This document shows, piece after piece, positions 24,788 to 33,471 of a DNA stretch of 64,000 bases. Source of the DNA: an uncultured Clostridia bacterium (GTDB lineage Bacteria > Bacillota > Clostridia > TANB77 > CAG-508); NCBI GenBank assembly GCA_904419495.1, contig CAJFRV010000003.1:5178-69177 (forward strand), written 5' to 3'. The position numbers and the translations under genes are program-made. The notes beneath the pieces are model-generated. The model was given only the letters and a program-made list of their open reading frames with translations, had not been told where the DNA came from and searched no databases. Within the stretch, counting starts at the first letter, position 1. The number at the start of each line of letters is the position of its first letter.

Positions 24788-26134
24788 ATGCCAACTTATG
24801 TATATAGGGCAATGACAAAATCTGGATTAATTGTTAGAAATAAAATAGAGTCACCAAGTAGACAGAATTTGCTAAAAACATTAAAGGGGAATGGATTATT
24901 ACCAATAGATGTTCAACAAATTCGATATGTGGGAAAACAACAAAAAAAGGCAAAGAAAAATATAACCAATATTGAAGAGATTATGAAAAATATTAATACT
25001 ACCAATATTGGAAAGAGTAAGCCAAAACAATTATCAACAAAGGAAAAAATTAATCTATATTTTGCAAAAACTGAGAAAATCACAAATAGAGATATTATTA
25101 TATTTACACAAAACTTTTATTTATTAAAAAAGGCGAACTTTAACAATATACATGCTTTGGACACCATTATTCAAAGTACAGAAAATGTATCTTTCAGAGG
25201 AATTTTAGAAGATATATTAGCTGGTGTTGAAGCTGGTGAAAATATGTATACAACAATGGAATATTATTCTAATGTATTTCCATACATTTACATTAATATG
25301 ATAAAAGTAGGAGAACTTTCTGGTTCACTTACTAATTCCTTAGAGCAAGCTGTAAAGTATTTGGAAGAATCAGATGCCCTAACTAGAAAATTAAAATCAA
25401 TATTAATACCAAATATTGTGCAATTTGTTTTATTATTGGTAATGCTTTTTGTAGGAACATTAGTTGCAATTCCTACAATCCAAGGAATATTTGATGAAAT
25501 TGGTACAGAAGAAGAATTACCAGCTGTTACTTTATGGTTTGCAGATGTAGTAGATGTGATAATTGCCTACTGGTATATTCCAGTTATTATACTAGTAGCA
25601 ATCGCAGCAGGAATTTTATTTTATATTAATACGCCGAAAGGAAAATATAATTTTCATTATTTTAAATATAAAATGCCAATATTTGGAGAATTAATATTTG
25701 CATTGGATTTCTCAAGGTTCTTAAAAGCAATGCTACTAAACTTAAAAAATGGTATGAGAATACAGGATTCCATTGAAGTTAGTAAAAATGTTATAAAAAA
25801 CTATGTAATGTTATCTATGATAGAAACCTCTATTAATAATATGTTAACAGGTACTTCATGGATTGAGCCTTTTGAAGAATCAGGTTTAGCAAAGCCAATG
25901 ATAACGGAAATGTTAAAGATTGGTATGCAAACTGATTTACCAGAAATGATGGAAAAATTAGTAGAATATATGCAAATAGATATAGACAATATCATGGAAA
26001 AAATCATGAAGGTGTTGCCACAAGTGGTATATGCAATAGTTGGAGTTGTATTAATCTTCTTCGTATTAGTTGTATTAGTACCATGTATTCAAGTATATAT
26101 GGGAAATTTCTTATTCTCAGCGTATGGAGTTTAA
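24788..26134 (+). CDS. pilC: type IV pilus platform protein PilC (GspF family)
   Basis: 448 aa with two T2SSF-like repeats and 3 TM segments; N-terminus MPTYVYRAMTKSG. Confidence 0.85.
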   Translation: MPTYVYRAMTKSGLIVRNKIESPSRQNLLKTLKGNGLLPIDVQQIRYVGKQQKKAKKNITNIEEIMKNINTTNIGKSKPKQLSTKEKINLYFAKTEKITNRDIIIFTQNFYLLKKANFNNIHALDTIIQSTENVSFRGILEDILAGVEAGENMYTTMEYYSNVFPYIYINMIKVGELSGSLTNSLEQAVKYLEESDALTRKLKSILIPNIVQFVLLLVMLFVGTLVAIPTIQGIFDEIGTEEELPAVTLWFADVVDVIIAYWYIPVIILVAIAAGILFYINTPKGKYNFHYFKYKMPIFGELIFALDFSRFLKAMLLNLKNGMRIQDSIEVSKNVIKNYVMLSMIETSINNMLTGTSWIEPFEESGLAKPMITEMLKIGMQTDLPEMMEKLVEYMQIDIDNIMEKIMKVLPQVVYAIVGVVLIFFVLVVLVPCIQVYMGNFLFSAYGV

Positions 26135-26139
26135 ATATG

Positions 26140-26190
26140 AAAGACATATCAAATTTTCAAAAATGGAAGATTTTGATATGTCTTTATTTT
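26140..26190 (+). terminator. intrinsic terminator of the pilus operon
   Basis: aaagacatatcaaa / tttgatatgtcttt 14-bp stem followed by ATTTTT. Confidence 0.75.
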
Positions 26191-26203
26191 TAGAACTATT
26201 ATT

Positions 26204-26400
26204 ATTCAGTCATTCCTAGTATTTGGTAAATTTTTATGTTTATCTGTCAATATAATTATCAAAGAACCTCTAAATAAATTTTATGGCACCCTTCCAAACG
26301 CGAAGGTTTGAACACTTTCCATAAAATTTATTAATAGTTTCTAATTCAATTAATTTCCGTCAAAACATAAAAATTTACCAAATACTAGGAATGACTGAAT
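26204..26400. repeat. 197-bp nested palindromic element with perfect 38-bp terminal inverted repeats (MITE-like)
   Basis: 26204-26241 (attcagtcattcctagtatttggtaaatttttatgttt) is the exact reverse complement of 26363-26400. An inner 14-bp inverted repeat aataaattttatgg/ccataaaatttatt (26273-26286 / 26319-26332) surrounds a GC-richer core. Confidence 0.85.
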
Positions 26401-26513
26401 AGTAAATCATAAAAAATAATTACAAGAAAATTTTTGTAAGGTAATGATTTTTTGATAACCTTATGATATAATCAAAAAAGATAATGATACTTATAAAAAG
26501 GTGGTGAATTCAA

Positions 26514-27416
26514 ATGAAGATAGGAATTGACCTAGGTGGAAGTCATATTGCAATAGGTGTTGTTGATAGCAATGGAAAAATATTAGAAAAGGTAGAAAAA
26601 AGAATAATTTTAAAAGAAAAAAGTAATATAAAAAAGGTAATAGAAGAGTATATATTTGAAAAAGTAGAAGGATTTAAAAAACAATATAAGATAACAGAAA
26701 TGGGAATTGCTATTCCGGGAACGATAAAAGATGGGATTGTTGTAAAATCAGTTAATTTAGGCTTGAAAAATTATGATATTGTAAAAAACATACAAAGCAA
26801 AATAGAATTGCCAATACATATACGAAACGATGCAAAATGTGCAGCAATTGCTGAAAATAATTATGGGGCATTAAAATCCTATAATAGAAGTATTTTTTTA
26901 ACTCTAGGAACAGGAATTGGTGGAGCAGTTATTATCCAAAATCAATTATTAGACACAGGTAACTTACCGGGATGTGAATTTGGACATATGATTATTGAAA
27001 AAAATGGAAAATCATGTAATTGTGGAAAAAAGGGATGTTGGGAAAAATATGCTTCTATGAAAGCATTTAAAGATAGTCTAAGAGAAATTCTACAATTAGA
27101 TGAAAAAACAAGTGGAAAAGAGTTATTAGAAATATTAAGAAAAAATAATAAAGATAGCAAAAATTATGTGCAGATTAATAAACTTATAGAACAATATACA
27201 ACATATTTGAGTATAGGAATATCTAATTTAGTAAATGTATTTGAACCAGAAGCTGTTGGTATTGGAGGAAGTTTTGTATATTATGAAGAAATATTTTTGG
27301 AAAAATTGAAAAGAAAAATAATTGAAGATAAATTATTATTTAATGAAAGAAAAGAAATGATTATTCAAACAGCAATTTTAGATAATGATTCAGGAATTAT
27401 TGGTGCAACTTTATAA
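26514..27416 (+). CDS. glk: ROK-family glucokinase
   Basis: MKIGIDLGGSHIAIGVVD ATP-binding site and ROK zinc motif GHMIIEKNGKSCNCGKKGCWEKYAS. Confidence 0.85.
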   Translation: MKIGIDLGGSHIAIGVVDSNGKILEKVEKRIILKEKSNIKKVIEEYIFEKVEGFKKQYKITEMGIAIPGTIKDGIVVKSVNLGLKNYDIVKNIQSKIELPIHIRNDAKCAAIAENNYGALKSYNRSIFLTLGTGIGGAVIIQNQLLDTGNLPGCEFGHMIIEKNGKSCNCGKKGCWEKYASMKAFKDSLREILQLDEKTSGKELLEILRKNNKDSKNYVQINKLIEQYTTYLSIGISNLVNVFEPEAVGIGGSFVYYEEIFLEKLKRKIIEDKLLFNERKEMIIQTAILDNDSGIIGATL

Positions 27417-27428
27417 GAAGGTATGCGG

Positions 27429-27475
27429 TATACGGAAAAATCTTATATAGGCTTAAGATAAAAGCCGATTTTCCT
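27429..27475 (+). repeat. interspersed ~50-nt repeat, copy 1
   Basis: tatacggaaaaatcttatataggcttaagataaaagccgattttcct. Near-identical copies lie at 36811-36858 (+) and 61881-61930 (-), with a partial copy at 58972-58998 (-). Confidence 0.8.
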
Positions 27476-27518
27476 AACAATAAAAAAGTATGTATAAAAA
27501 ATGAAAGGAGAGTTTTTT

Positions 27519-28445
27519 ATGAAAGAAGAAAAGAAAGCAACAAGACAGAGTTATGGAGAAACTTTAGAAAAATTAGGAGAAGAAAATGAAAAAATTGTTG
27601 TACTAGATGCTGATTTGTCAGCAGCAACAAAGACAAGCATATTTGCTAAAAAGTTTCCCAATAGATTTTTCGATATGGGAATTGCAGAAGCAAATATGAT
27701 AGGAGTGGCAGCAGGTATGGCTTCTTGTGAAAAAATACCATTTGTTAGTACTTTTGCAGCTTTTGCAGCAGGACGTGCCTATGATCAAATTCGTTCAAGT
27801 GTTTGTTATCCAAACTTAAATGTAAAGATATGTGCAACACATTGTGGAATTACAGTAGGAGAAGATGGTGCAACACATCAAATGTTAGAGGATATAGCTT
27901 TAATGAGAGCTTTACCAAACATGACGGTAATATGCCCATCTGATGATGTGGAAACAAAGTACCTAATAGAAGAAATTTCTAAGACAAAAGGACCTGTATA
28001 TGTAAGATTAGCAAGACTTGCAACACCAGTTATTTATGAAGAAAATCAAAAATTTGAAATTGGAAAAGCGATTCAAATAGGTGAGGGAACAGATGCTACT
28101 GTATTTGCAACAGGAGTTGTTGTAGCAGAAGCAATAAAAGCAAAAGAAGCATTAGAAAAAGAAGGAATTCATATAAGAGTAGTAGATATGCATACAATTA
28201 AACCTATTGATAGAGACATTATTGTAAAATCAGCAAAAGAAACCAAAAAATTAATATCTATTGAAGACCATAGTATAATTGGTGGATTAGGAAGTGCAAT
28301 CGCAGAAGTTTTAACAGAGGAATATCCTTGTAAATTATGCAGAATGGGGATAAAGGATACATTTGGAAAATCAGGAAATGCAGTAGAATTATTAAAATAT
28401 TTTGGATTGACAAGTGAGAATATTATAAAATGTTTAAAGAATTAA
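27519..28445 (+). CDS. transketolase, C-terminal (pyrimidine-binding) subunit
   Basis: ATRQSYGETL..VVLDADLSAATKT..FFDMGIAEANMIGVAAG. Start at ATG 27519, behind AAAGGAGAG. No N-terminal-subunit gene is adjacent. Confidence 0.85.
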   Translation: MKEEKKATRQSYGETLEKLGEENEKIVVLDADLSAATKTSIFAKKFPNRFFDMGIAEANMIGVAAGMASCEKIPFVSTFAAFAAGRAYDQIRSSVCYPNLNVKICATHCGITVGEDGATHQMLEDIALMRALPNMTVICPSDDVETKYLIEEISKTKGPVYVRLARLATPVIYEENQKFEIGKAIQIGEGTDATVFATGVVVAEAIKAKEALEKEGIHIRVVDMHTIKPIDRDIIVKSAKETKKLISIEDHSIIGGLGSAIAEVLTEEYPCKLCRMGIKDTFGKSGNAVELLKYFGLTSENIIKCLKN

Positions 28446-28466
28446 AGAGAAAATAAGGGGACAAAT

Positions 28467-29186
28467 ATGAATAAAAGAAGAAATATCATAATTTTAGTGA
28501 TTGTAATTATAGTGCTTGTAGGATGGTTAATGATAAAAATGGTTAACTATTTTACAACAGATCCACGAGAAGTATTAGTAGAAAAGATAGAAGAAAAGCA
28601 TGGAAAAAATTACGAAATGTTACAAGCATATAATTTTGGTGGTTCTGGATTTTCTTCTCATGGATGTGAGGCAATTATGATTGCTGACGAAAAACTGATA
28701 AAAGCAACTATAACAGCAAAACCATTATCCAATAATTATAATAATTATTATGAAGAAAATATCAATATTGTAGAAAATGAAGCAATTAAAGATTTAATGG
28801 CAGAACAAAATGTAATTTATATGGAAGATGCTTATACACTAGGAGACAAACAAAATTATGATTTAAAGATCATGTTCCAAGGAGAGACATATACAGATTT
28901 TCTATCATACAAAGAAGATATAAAACGTGTATGTGAAGATTGTAGAAACAAATATGATTTTTCAAATATACAAATATTTCTTTCACATGATATAGATTTT
29001 AATGATTTATATCATCGAGCATATATGAATGGATATTCTAATAAATATGTGTATTATGATATCATAAAATCCAAAACAGATGTAGAGGATAGTATATTAA
29101 ATTTAAATATATATAAAGAAGATAGTGATGAAGATATAGAAAAAACTTTTGATAGAATGTATGAAACAATTCAAAAAAATAGGTAA
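28467..29186 (+). CDS. hypothetical membrane-anchored protein
   Basis: 239-aa ORF behind AAGGGGA with an N-terminal TM (IIILVIVIIVLVGWLMI). I recognise no family. Confidence 0.55.
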   Translation: MNKRRNIIILVIVIIVLVGWLMIKMVNYFTTDPREVLVEKIEEKHGKNYEMLQAYNFGGSGFSSHGCEAIMIADEKLIKATITAKPLSNNYNNYYEENINIVENEAIKDLMAEQNVIYMEDAYTLGDKQNYDLKIMFQGETYTDFLSYKEDIKRVCEDCRNKYDFSNIQIFLSHDIDFNDLYHRAYMNGYSNKYVYYDIIKSKTDVEDSILNLNIYKEDSDEDIEKTFDRMYETIQKNR

Positions 29187-29235
29187 GGAATAATGTGAAA
29201 TTTGTGTGAATTTTTCGAAATAAAGAAAAAGGGAG

Positions 29236-29283
29236 AAAAACAATAGAAAAGGTAAAAAAACCAACATTTTCTATTGTTTTTTT
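29236..29283 (+). terminator. intrinsic terminator
   Basis: aaaaacaatagaaaa / ttttctattgttttt 15-bp stem running into a T-run. Confidence 0.7.
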
Positions 29284-29384
29284 AGATAAAACCTATTGCA
29301 AATTTTGTTCTTTATTGTTATGATTAGATAGAATAAATTATATAATAGAATATTATGCAAAAAAATATATAAGGAGAGCAAAAG

Positions 29385-30065
29385 ATGATTGAATTTAGAA
29401 ATGTTACGAAGACATATAGCACAGGGACAAAAGCAGTAAAAAATGCAAATTTTAGAATAGAAAAAGGTGAATTTGCTTTTTTAGTTGGCTCTTCAGGAAG
29501 TGGAAAGTCTACATTAATAAAATTAATATTAAAAGAAGAAGAACCAACATCAGGAAATATTATTATCAATGGGAAAGACACAACATTTTTAAAACCAAAT
29601 AGAATTCCATATTTAAGAAGAAGTATGGGAGTTGTATTTCAAGATTTCAGACTATTACCAGATAAAACTGTATATGATAATGTTGCGTATGCAATGTATA
29701 TTGTAAGAGCTACACCAAGACATATTAGAAGACAAGTTCCAATGGTGCTTTCATTGGTTGGACTAAGTGGAAAAGCAAAAATGTATCCAAATGAATTATC
29801 AGGAGGAGAACAACAAAGGGTAGCTTTAGCTAGAGCATTAGTAAATAATCCATCAATGCTAATTGCAGATGAGCCAACAGGAAACTTGGATCCAGATACA
29901 GCGTGGGATATTATGACATTATTAAATGACATTAATATGAGAGGAACAACAGTAGTAGTTGCAACACATGCTAAAGACATTGTAGACAAAATGAAAAAAA
30001 GAGTTATTCATGTTAGAAAAGGTGAAATTATAAAAGACGATAAAAAAGGTGGGTATGAACTGTGA
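29385..30065 (+). CDS. ftsE: cell-division ABC transporter ATPase FtsE
   Basis: MIEFRNVTKTY, Walker A GSSGSGKST, signature LSGGEQQR and Walker B MLIADEPTGNLD. Confidence 0.92.
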   Translation: MIEFRNVTKTYSTGTKAVKNANFRIEKGEFAFLVGSSGSGKSTLIKLILKEEEPTSGNIIINGKDTTFLKPNRIPYLRRSMGVVFQDFRLLPDKTVYDNVAYAMYIVRATPRHIRRQVPMVLSLVGLSGKAKMYPNELSGGEQQRVALARALVNNPSMLIADEPTGNLDPDTAWDIMTLLNDINMRGTTVVVATHAKDIVDKMKKRVIHVRKGEIIKDDKKGGYEL

Positions 30066-30964
30066 AATATAATATATTAGGGTATTTAATTGGAGAAGGA
30101 TTTAGTAATGTTTTCAAGAATAAAAAATCAACTGGAGCTTCACTTATGATTATGTGTGCAACCATGATTATATTTGGAGTATTCCTAATATTAGGAGAGA
30201 ATATCAATCACTTTGTAAGAGAAGTAGAAGATGCACAAGGAATACAAGTATTTGCAACAAGAGAAGCTACTACTGAGCAAGTGCAAAAACTAGGGGAAGA
30301 AATCAAAAAAATAAATGGTGTAAATACAACACAATATGTATCTAAAGAAACTGCACTAGATCAAATGAAAGAAAAATTTTCAGAGCATGAAGAGTTTTTA
30401 GAAGGATATGAAGGAGAAAATAATATATTTAGTGATTCTTATGTAGTAACATTAACAGATTTAAGTTTGCTAGAACAAGTACAAGAAGAAATTTCAAAAT
30501 TAGATAATGTAAAAGAAATTACCAGTTCAAATGAAACAGTATCAACATTAATAGACCTAGCAAATGGGATAAAAATTGTAACAGGTGTTATCTTAGTATT
30601 ATTGATTATTATATCTATATTTATTATTGCCAATACAATCAAACTAACAGTACATGCTAGAAGAAAAGAAATATCTATTATGAAATATGTTGGTGCAACA
30701 AATGGATTTATTAGATGGCCTTTTATTGTAGAAGGTATGATTATAGGAATTATATCAAGTGCTATCTCAATATTATTAGTAGCAATTGCATATAACTTTA
30801 TAGCAGAACAAATGGTAAATTCACAATTTATGAAAATGGTAGGCGTTAGTTTAGTAGGATTTTCAGACATGTTTAGTTCAATCATATTTGTATATATGTT
30901 ATTAGGAATAGGAATAGGTGCTTTAGGAAGTATTATTTCTATGAGAAAATATTTAAAAGTATAA
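30062..30964 (+). CDS. ftsX: cell-division permease-like protein FtsX
   Basis: GTG start overlapping the ftsE stop (GTGA). 300 aa with a large extracytoplasmic loop after TM1 and the KYVGAT motif. Confidence 0.9.
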   Translation: MKYNILGYLIGEGFSNVFKNKKSTGASLMIMCATMIIFGVFLILGENINHFVREVEDAQGIQVFATREATTEQVQKLGEEIKKINGVNTTQYVSKETALDQMKEKFSEHEEFLEGYEGENNIFSDSYVVTLTDLSLLEQVQEEISKLDNVKEITSSNETVSTLIDLANGIKIVTGVILVLLIIISIFIIANTIKLTVHARRKEISIMKYVGATNGFIRWPFIVEGMIIGIISSAISILLVAIAYNFIAEQMVNSQFMKMVGVSLVGFSDMFSSIIFVYMLLGIGIGALGSIISMRKYLKV

Positions 30965-30975
30965 AGGAGTAGAGC

Positions 30976-32178
30976 ATGCGTAAATTTTTATGTATTGTTT
31001 TAGCTTTTATCATCATTTGTACATATATAACAGTTGTGTATGCAGAAGATAGTAATTTAACAAGTTTGCAAGATCAACAACAAGATTTACAAAATCAGCT
31101 TGACGAATCTAATAATCAATTAGAAGAAGTGCAAAGTCAATTATCAGAAAATTTGCAACAAATTGAAAAATTAGACGAGAAAATAAAACAATCAGAGGAA
31201 AAAATAACAAAGTTAAATGAACAGGTTACACAATTACAGACAGAAATTTCAGATATTCAAGCAAAACTAGAGGTGGCAGAAAAAAACTATGAAACACAAA
31301 AACAAGTTATGGAAAAAAGACTTGTTGCAATATATGAAGCAGGAGATACAAGATATATTGATGTTCTTTTAAAATCAAATAATATTTCTGAATTTTTATC
31401 AAGTTATTATTTGATTACAGAAATAACCTCTATGGATCAAAGTTTGTTAGAAGAAGTTGAGGCACAAAAAAAAGAAATTGAATTGTCTAAACAAAAATTA
31501 GAAAAGAATCAAACTTCTTTAGCAACTGCATTACAAACCCAAACACAAACGTCAACTGTACTACAAAACACAAAGACGTTAAGGGAAAACTACATAGCAA
31601 GATTATCTGATGAGGAGAAAGCAAAACAAGCACAAATTGATGAAATAACTGCACAATATGAAGCAGTAAATAATCAAATATTAGAGCTTGCAAAACAAGG
31701 TCTAGATACAGCATATATAGGAGGAGTGCTTGCTTGGCCAGTACCAGGATATACCAAAATTACCTCAAATTATGGAATGAGAGTACATCCCATTACAGGA
31801 CAATATAAATTACATACAGGAGTAGACATTAGCGCACCAATCGGTGCAAATTTTGTAGCTGCTAATGACGGAATTGTCACAAAAGCAGAATATAATACAG
31901 CATATGGAAATATGGTAATCATAGATCATGGAGGAGGAATTTCAACACTATATGCACATGGCTCAGAAATTTTAGTAACAGTTGGACAAACTGTAAAACG
32001 AAATGAAGCTATTTTAAAAGTTGGTTCTACAGGATATTCAACAGGACCACATGCTCATTTTGAGGTGAGAATTAATGGAGTGGTTACTAATCCAATAGAA
32101 TATATAACAAATGGTGTTATTCCTGAATCACAAAATGACAATGAAAATACTACAGAAAATCAAAATGTAACACAATAA
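30976..32178 (+). CDS. secreted coiled-coil M23 (LytM-type) peptidoglycan endopeptidase, paralogue 1
   Basis: Signal peptide, a Q/E-rich coiled coil of about 220 aa and an M23 domain with HTGVDI, YAHGSE and GPHAHFEVR. Confidence 0.85.
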   Translation: MRKFLCIVLAFIIICTYITVVYAEDSNLTSLQDQQQDLQNQLDESNNQLEEVQSQLSENLQQIEKLDEKIKQSEEKITKLNEQVTQLQTEISDIQAKLEVAEKNYETQKQVMEKRLVAIYEAGDTRYIDVLLKSNNISEFLSSYYLITEITSMDQSLLEEVEAQKKEIELSKQKLEKNQTSLATALQTQTQTSTVLQNTKTLRENYIARLSDEEKAKQAQIDEITAQYEAVNNQILELAKQGLDTAYIGGVLAWPVPGYTKITSNYGMRVHPITGQYKLHTGVDISAPIGANFVAANDGIVTKAEYNTAYGNMVIIDHGGGISTLYAHGSEILVTVGQTVKRNEAILKVGSTGYSTGPHAHFEVRINGVVTNPIEYITNGVIPESQNDNENTTENQNVTQ

Positions 32179-32258
32179 TGAAATACCAGTAAAGATAATG
32201 AATTTTAGAAATACAAAGTAAATCGGACAAAAAGTAAAATAAAAAGGAGAGAAACAAA

Positions 32259-33437
32259 ATGAAAAAAATAGGTCTCAAAATATTAGGGGTAATATTAGTA
32301 GTAACTATTTTATTGCAATATAATGTAGTAATAGCAGCGACAAAATCAGAATTAAATGAAAGTAGTAATGAAACAGATAAAAAAATAGAAGAAGCTAAAG
32401 AACAGTTAGAAAATATTAATTCTGAAAAATCACAAACATTACAACAAGTAGAAGAATTAATTACACAGATTTCATCTTATCAATCAGAAATTGACGAATT
32501 AGATACAAAGATATCAGATATGAATACTCAAATAGAAGAAGCTCAAAATAAGATAGATGAAAAACAAGAAGATTATGATAGCCAACAAGAATTATTGGAA
32601 AAGAGATTAGTAGCAACCTATGAGGCAGGAGAAACTTCATATTTAGATGTATTGCTTTCTTCAGATAGTATAACAGATTTAATTTCCAATTATTATTTAA
32701 TATCTGAGATAACAGAGAATGATATGAAGTTAATGGACGAAATCAAAAAAGAACAAGAAGAAATTGAAAAAGCAAAACAAACATTAGAAACAAGTAAACA
32801 AGAATTAGATAGTACAAAAGCACAAAAACAACAAAAAGCAACAGAGTTACAAAATGCAAAAAGCCAAAAAGATAGCTATGTAGCACAATTAAATGAAGAA
32901 GAAAAAAATACACAGGCCGAATTAGAGCAATTTGAACGAGATAAGAGAGAGATACAAGCACAATTGGCAGAAATTGCAAGGAAGGAAGCAGAAAATGCAG
33001 GAATTTCAAATGTTGATAATATTACAAATAATCCAAGTGCGAGTGGCTATATAAGACCAATTGTTGGATATAGTATTACAACAGGTTGGATGGGATATAG
33101 AGGACATACAGGAGTAGATTTTAGTGGAGCTGGAATTTCTGGAAAACCAATATTAGCTGCAAAGGCTGGAACAGTAGTAACATCAACAGCATTGAAATAT
33201 CCTAATGGTAATTACAAAAGTTATGGAGAATATATTGTTATTAATCATCATGATGGAACAATGACTTTATATGCACATGGAGCACCGGGCTCAAGATTAG
33301 TAAGAGAAGGACAATCTGTTAGTCAAGGTCAACAAATTATGAGTGTAGGAACAACCGGAAATTCAACAGGTTACCATTTACATTTTGAAGTAAGAGTAAA
33401 TGGAGTACCAGTTAATCCAGCACCATATTTACCTTAG
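32259..33437 (+). CDS. secreted coiled-coil M23 peptidase, paralogue 2
   Basis: Same architecture as paralogue 1; motifs HTGVDF, YAHGAPGS and GYHLHFEVR. Confidence 0.85.
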   Translation: MKKIGLKILGVILVVTILLQYNVVIAATKSELNESSNETDKKIEEAKEQLENINSEKSQTLQQVEELITQISSYQSEIDELDTKISDMNTQIEEAQNKIDEKQEDYDSQQELLEKRLVATYEAGETSYLDVLLSSDSITDLISNYYLISEITENDMKLMDEIKKEQEEIEKAKQTLETSKQELDSTKAQKQQKATELQNAKSQKDSYVAQLNEEEKNTQAELEQFERDKREIQAQLAEIARKEAENAGISNVDNITNNPSASGYIRPIVGYSITTGWMGYRGHTGVDFSGAGISGKPILAAKAGTVVTSTALKYPNGNYKSYGEYIVINHHDGTMTLYAHGAPGSRLVREGQSVSQGQQIMSVGTTGNSTGYHLHFEVRVNGVPVNPAPYLP

Positions 33438-33471
33438 TAAATTTGTACAGAAAAGATAAAAGGAGGAACTT

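Noticed and set aside
30439-30885. 148-aa minus-strand ORF inside ftsX. Comparable long antisense ORFs occur at 33521-33997, 52206-52574, 52954-53406 and 60275-60637.
   Set aside because: The reasons are the same: they are embedded antisense in genes with clear homology (ftsX, M23, wzx, ugd, glmM) and show no start context and no recognisable domain.
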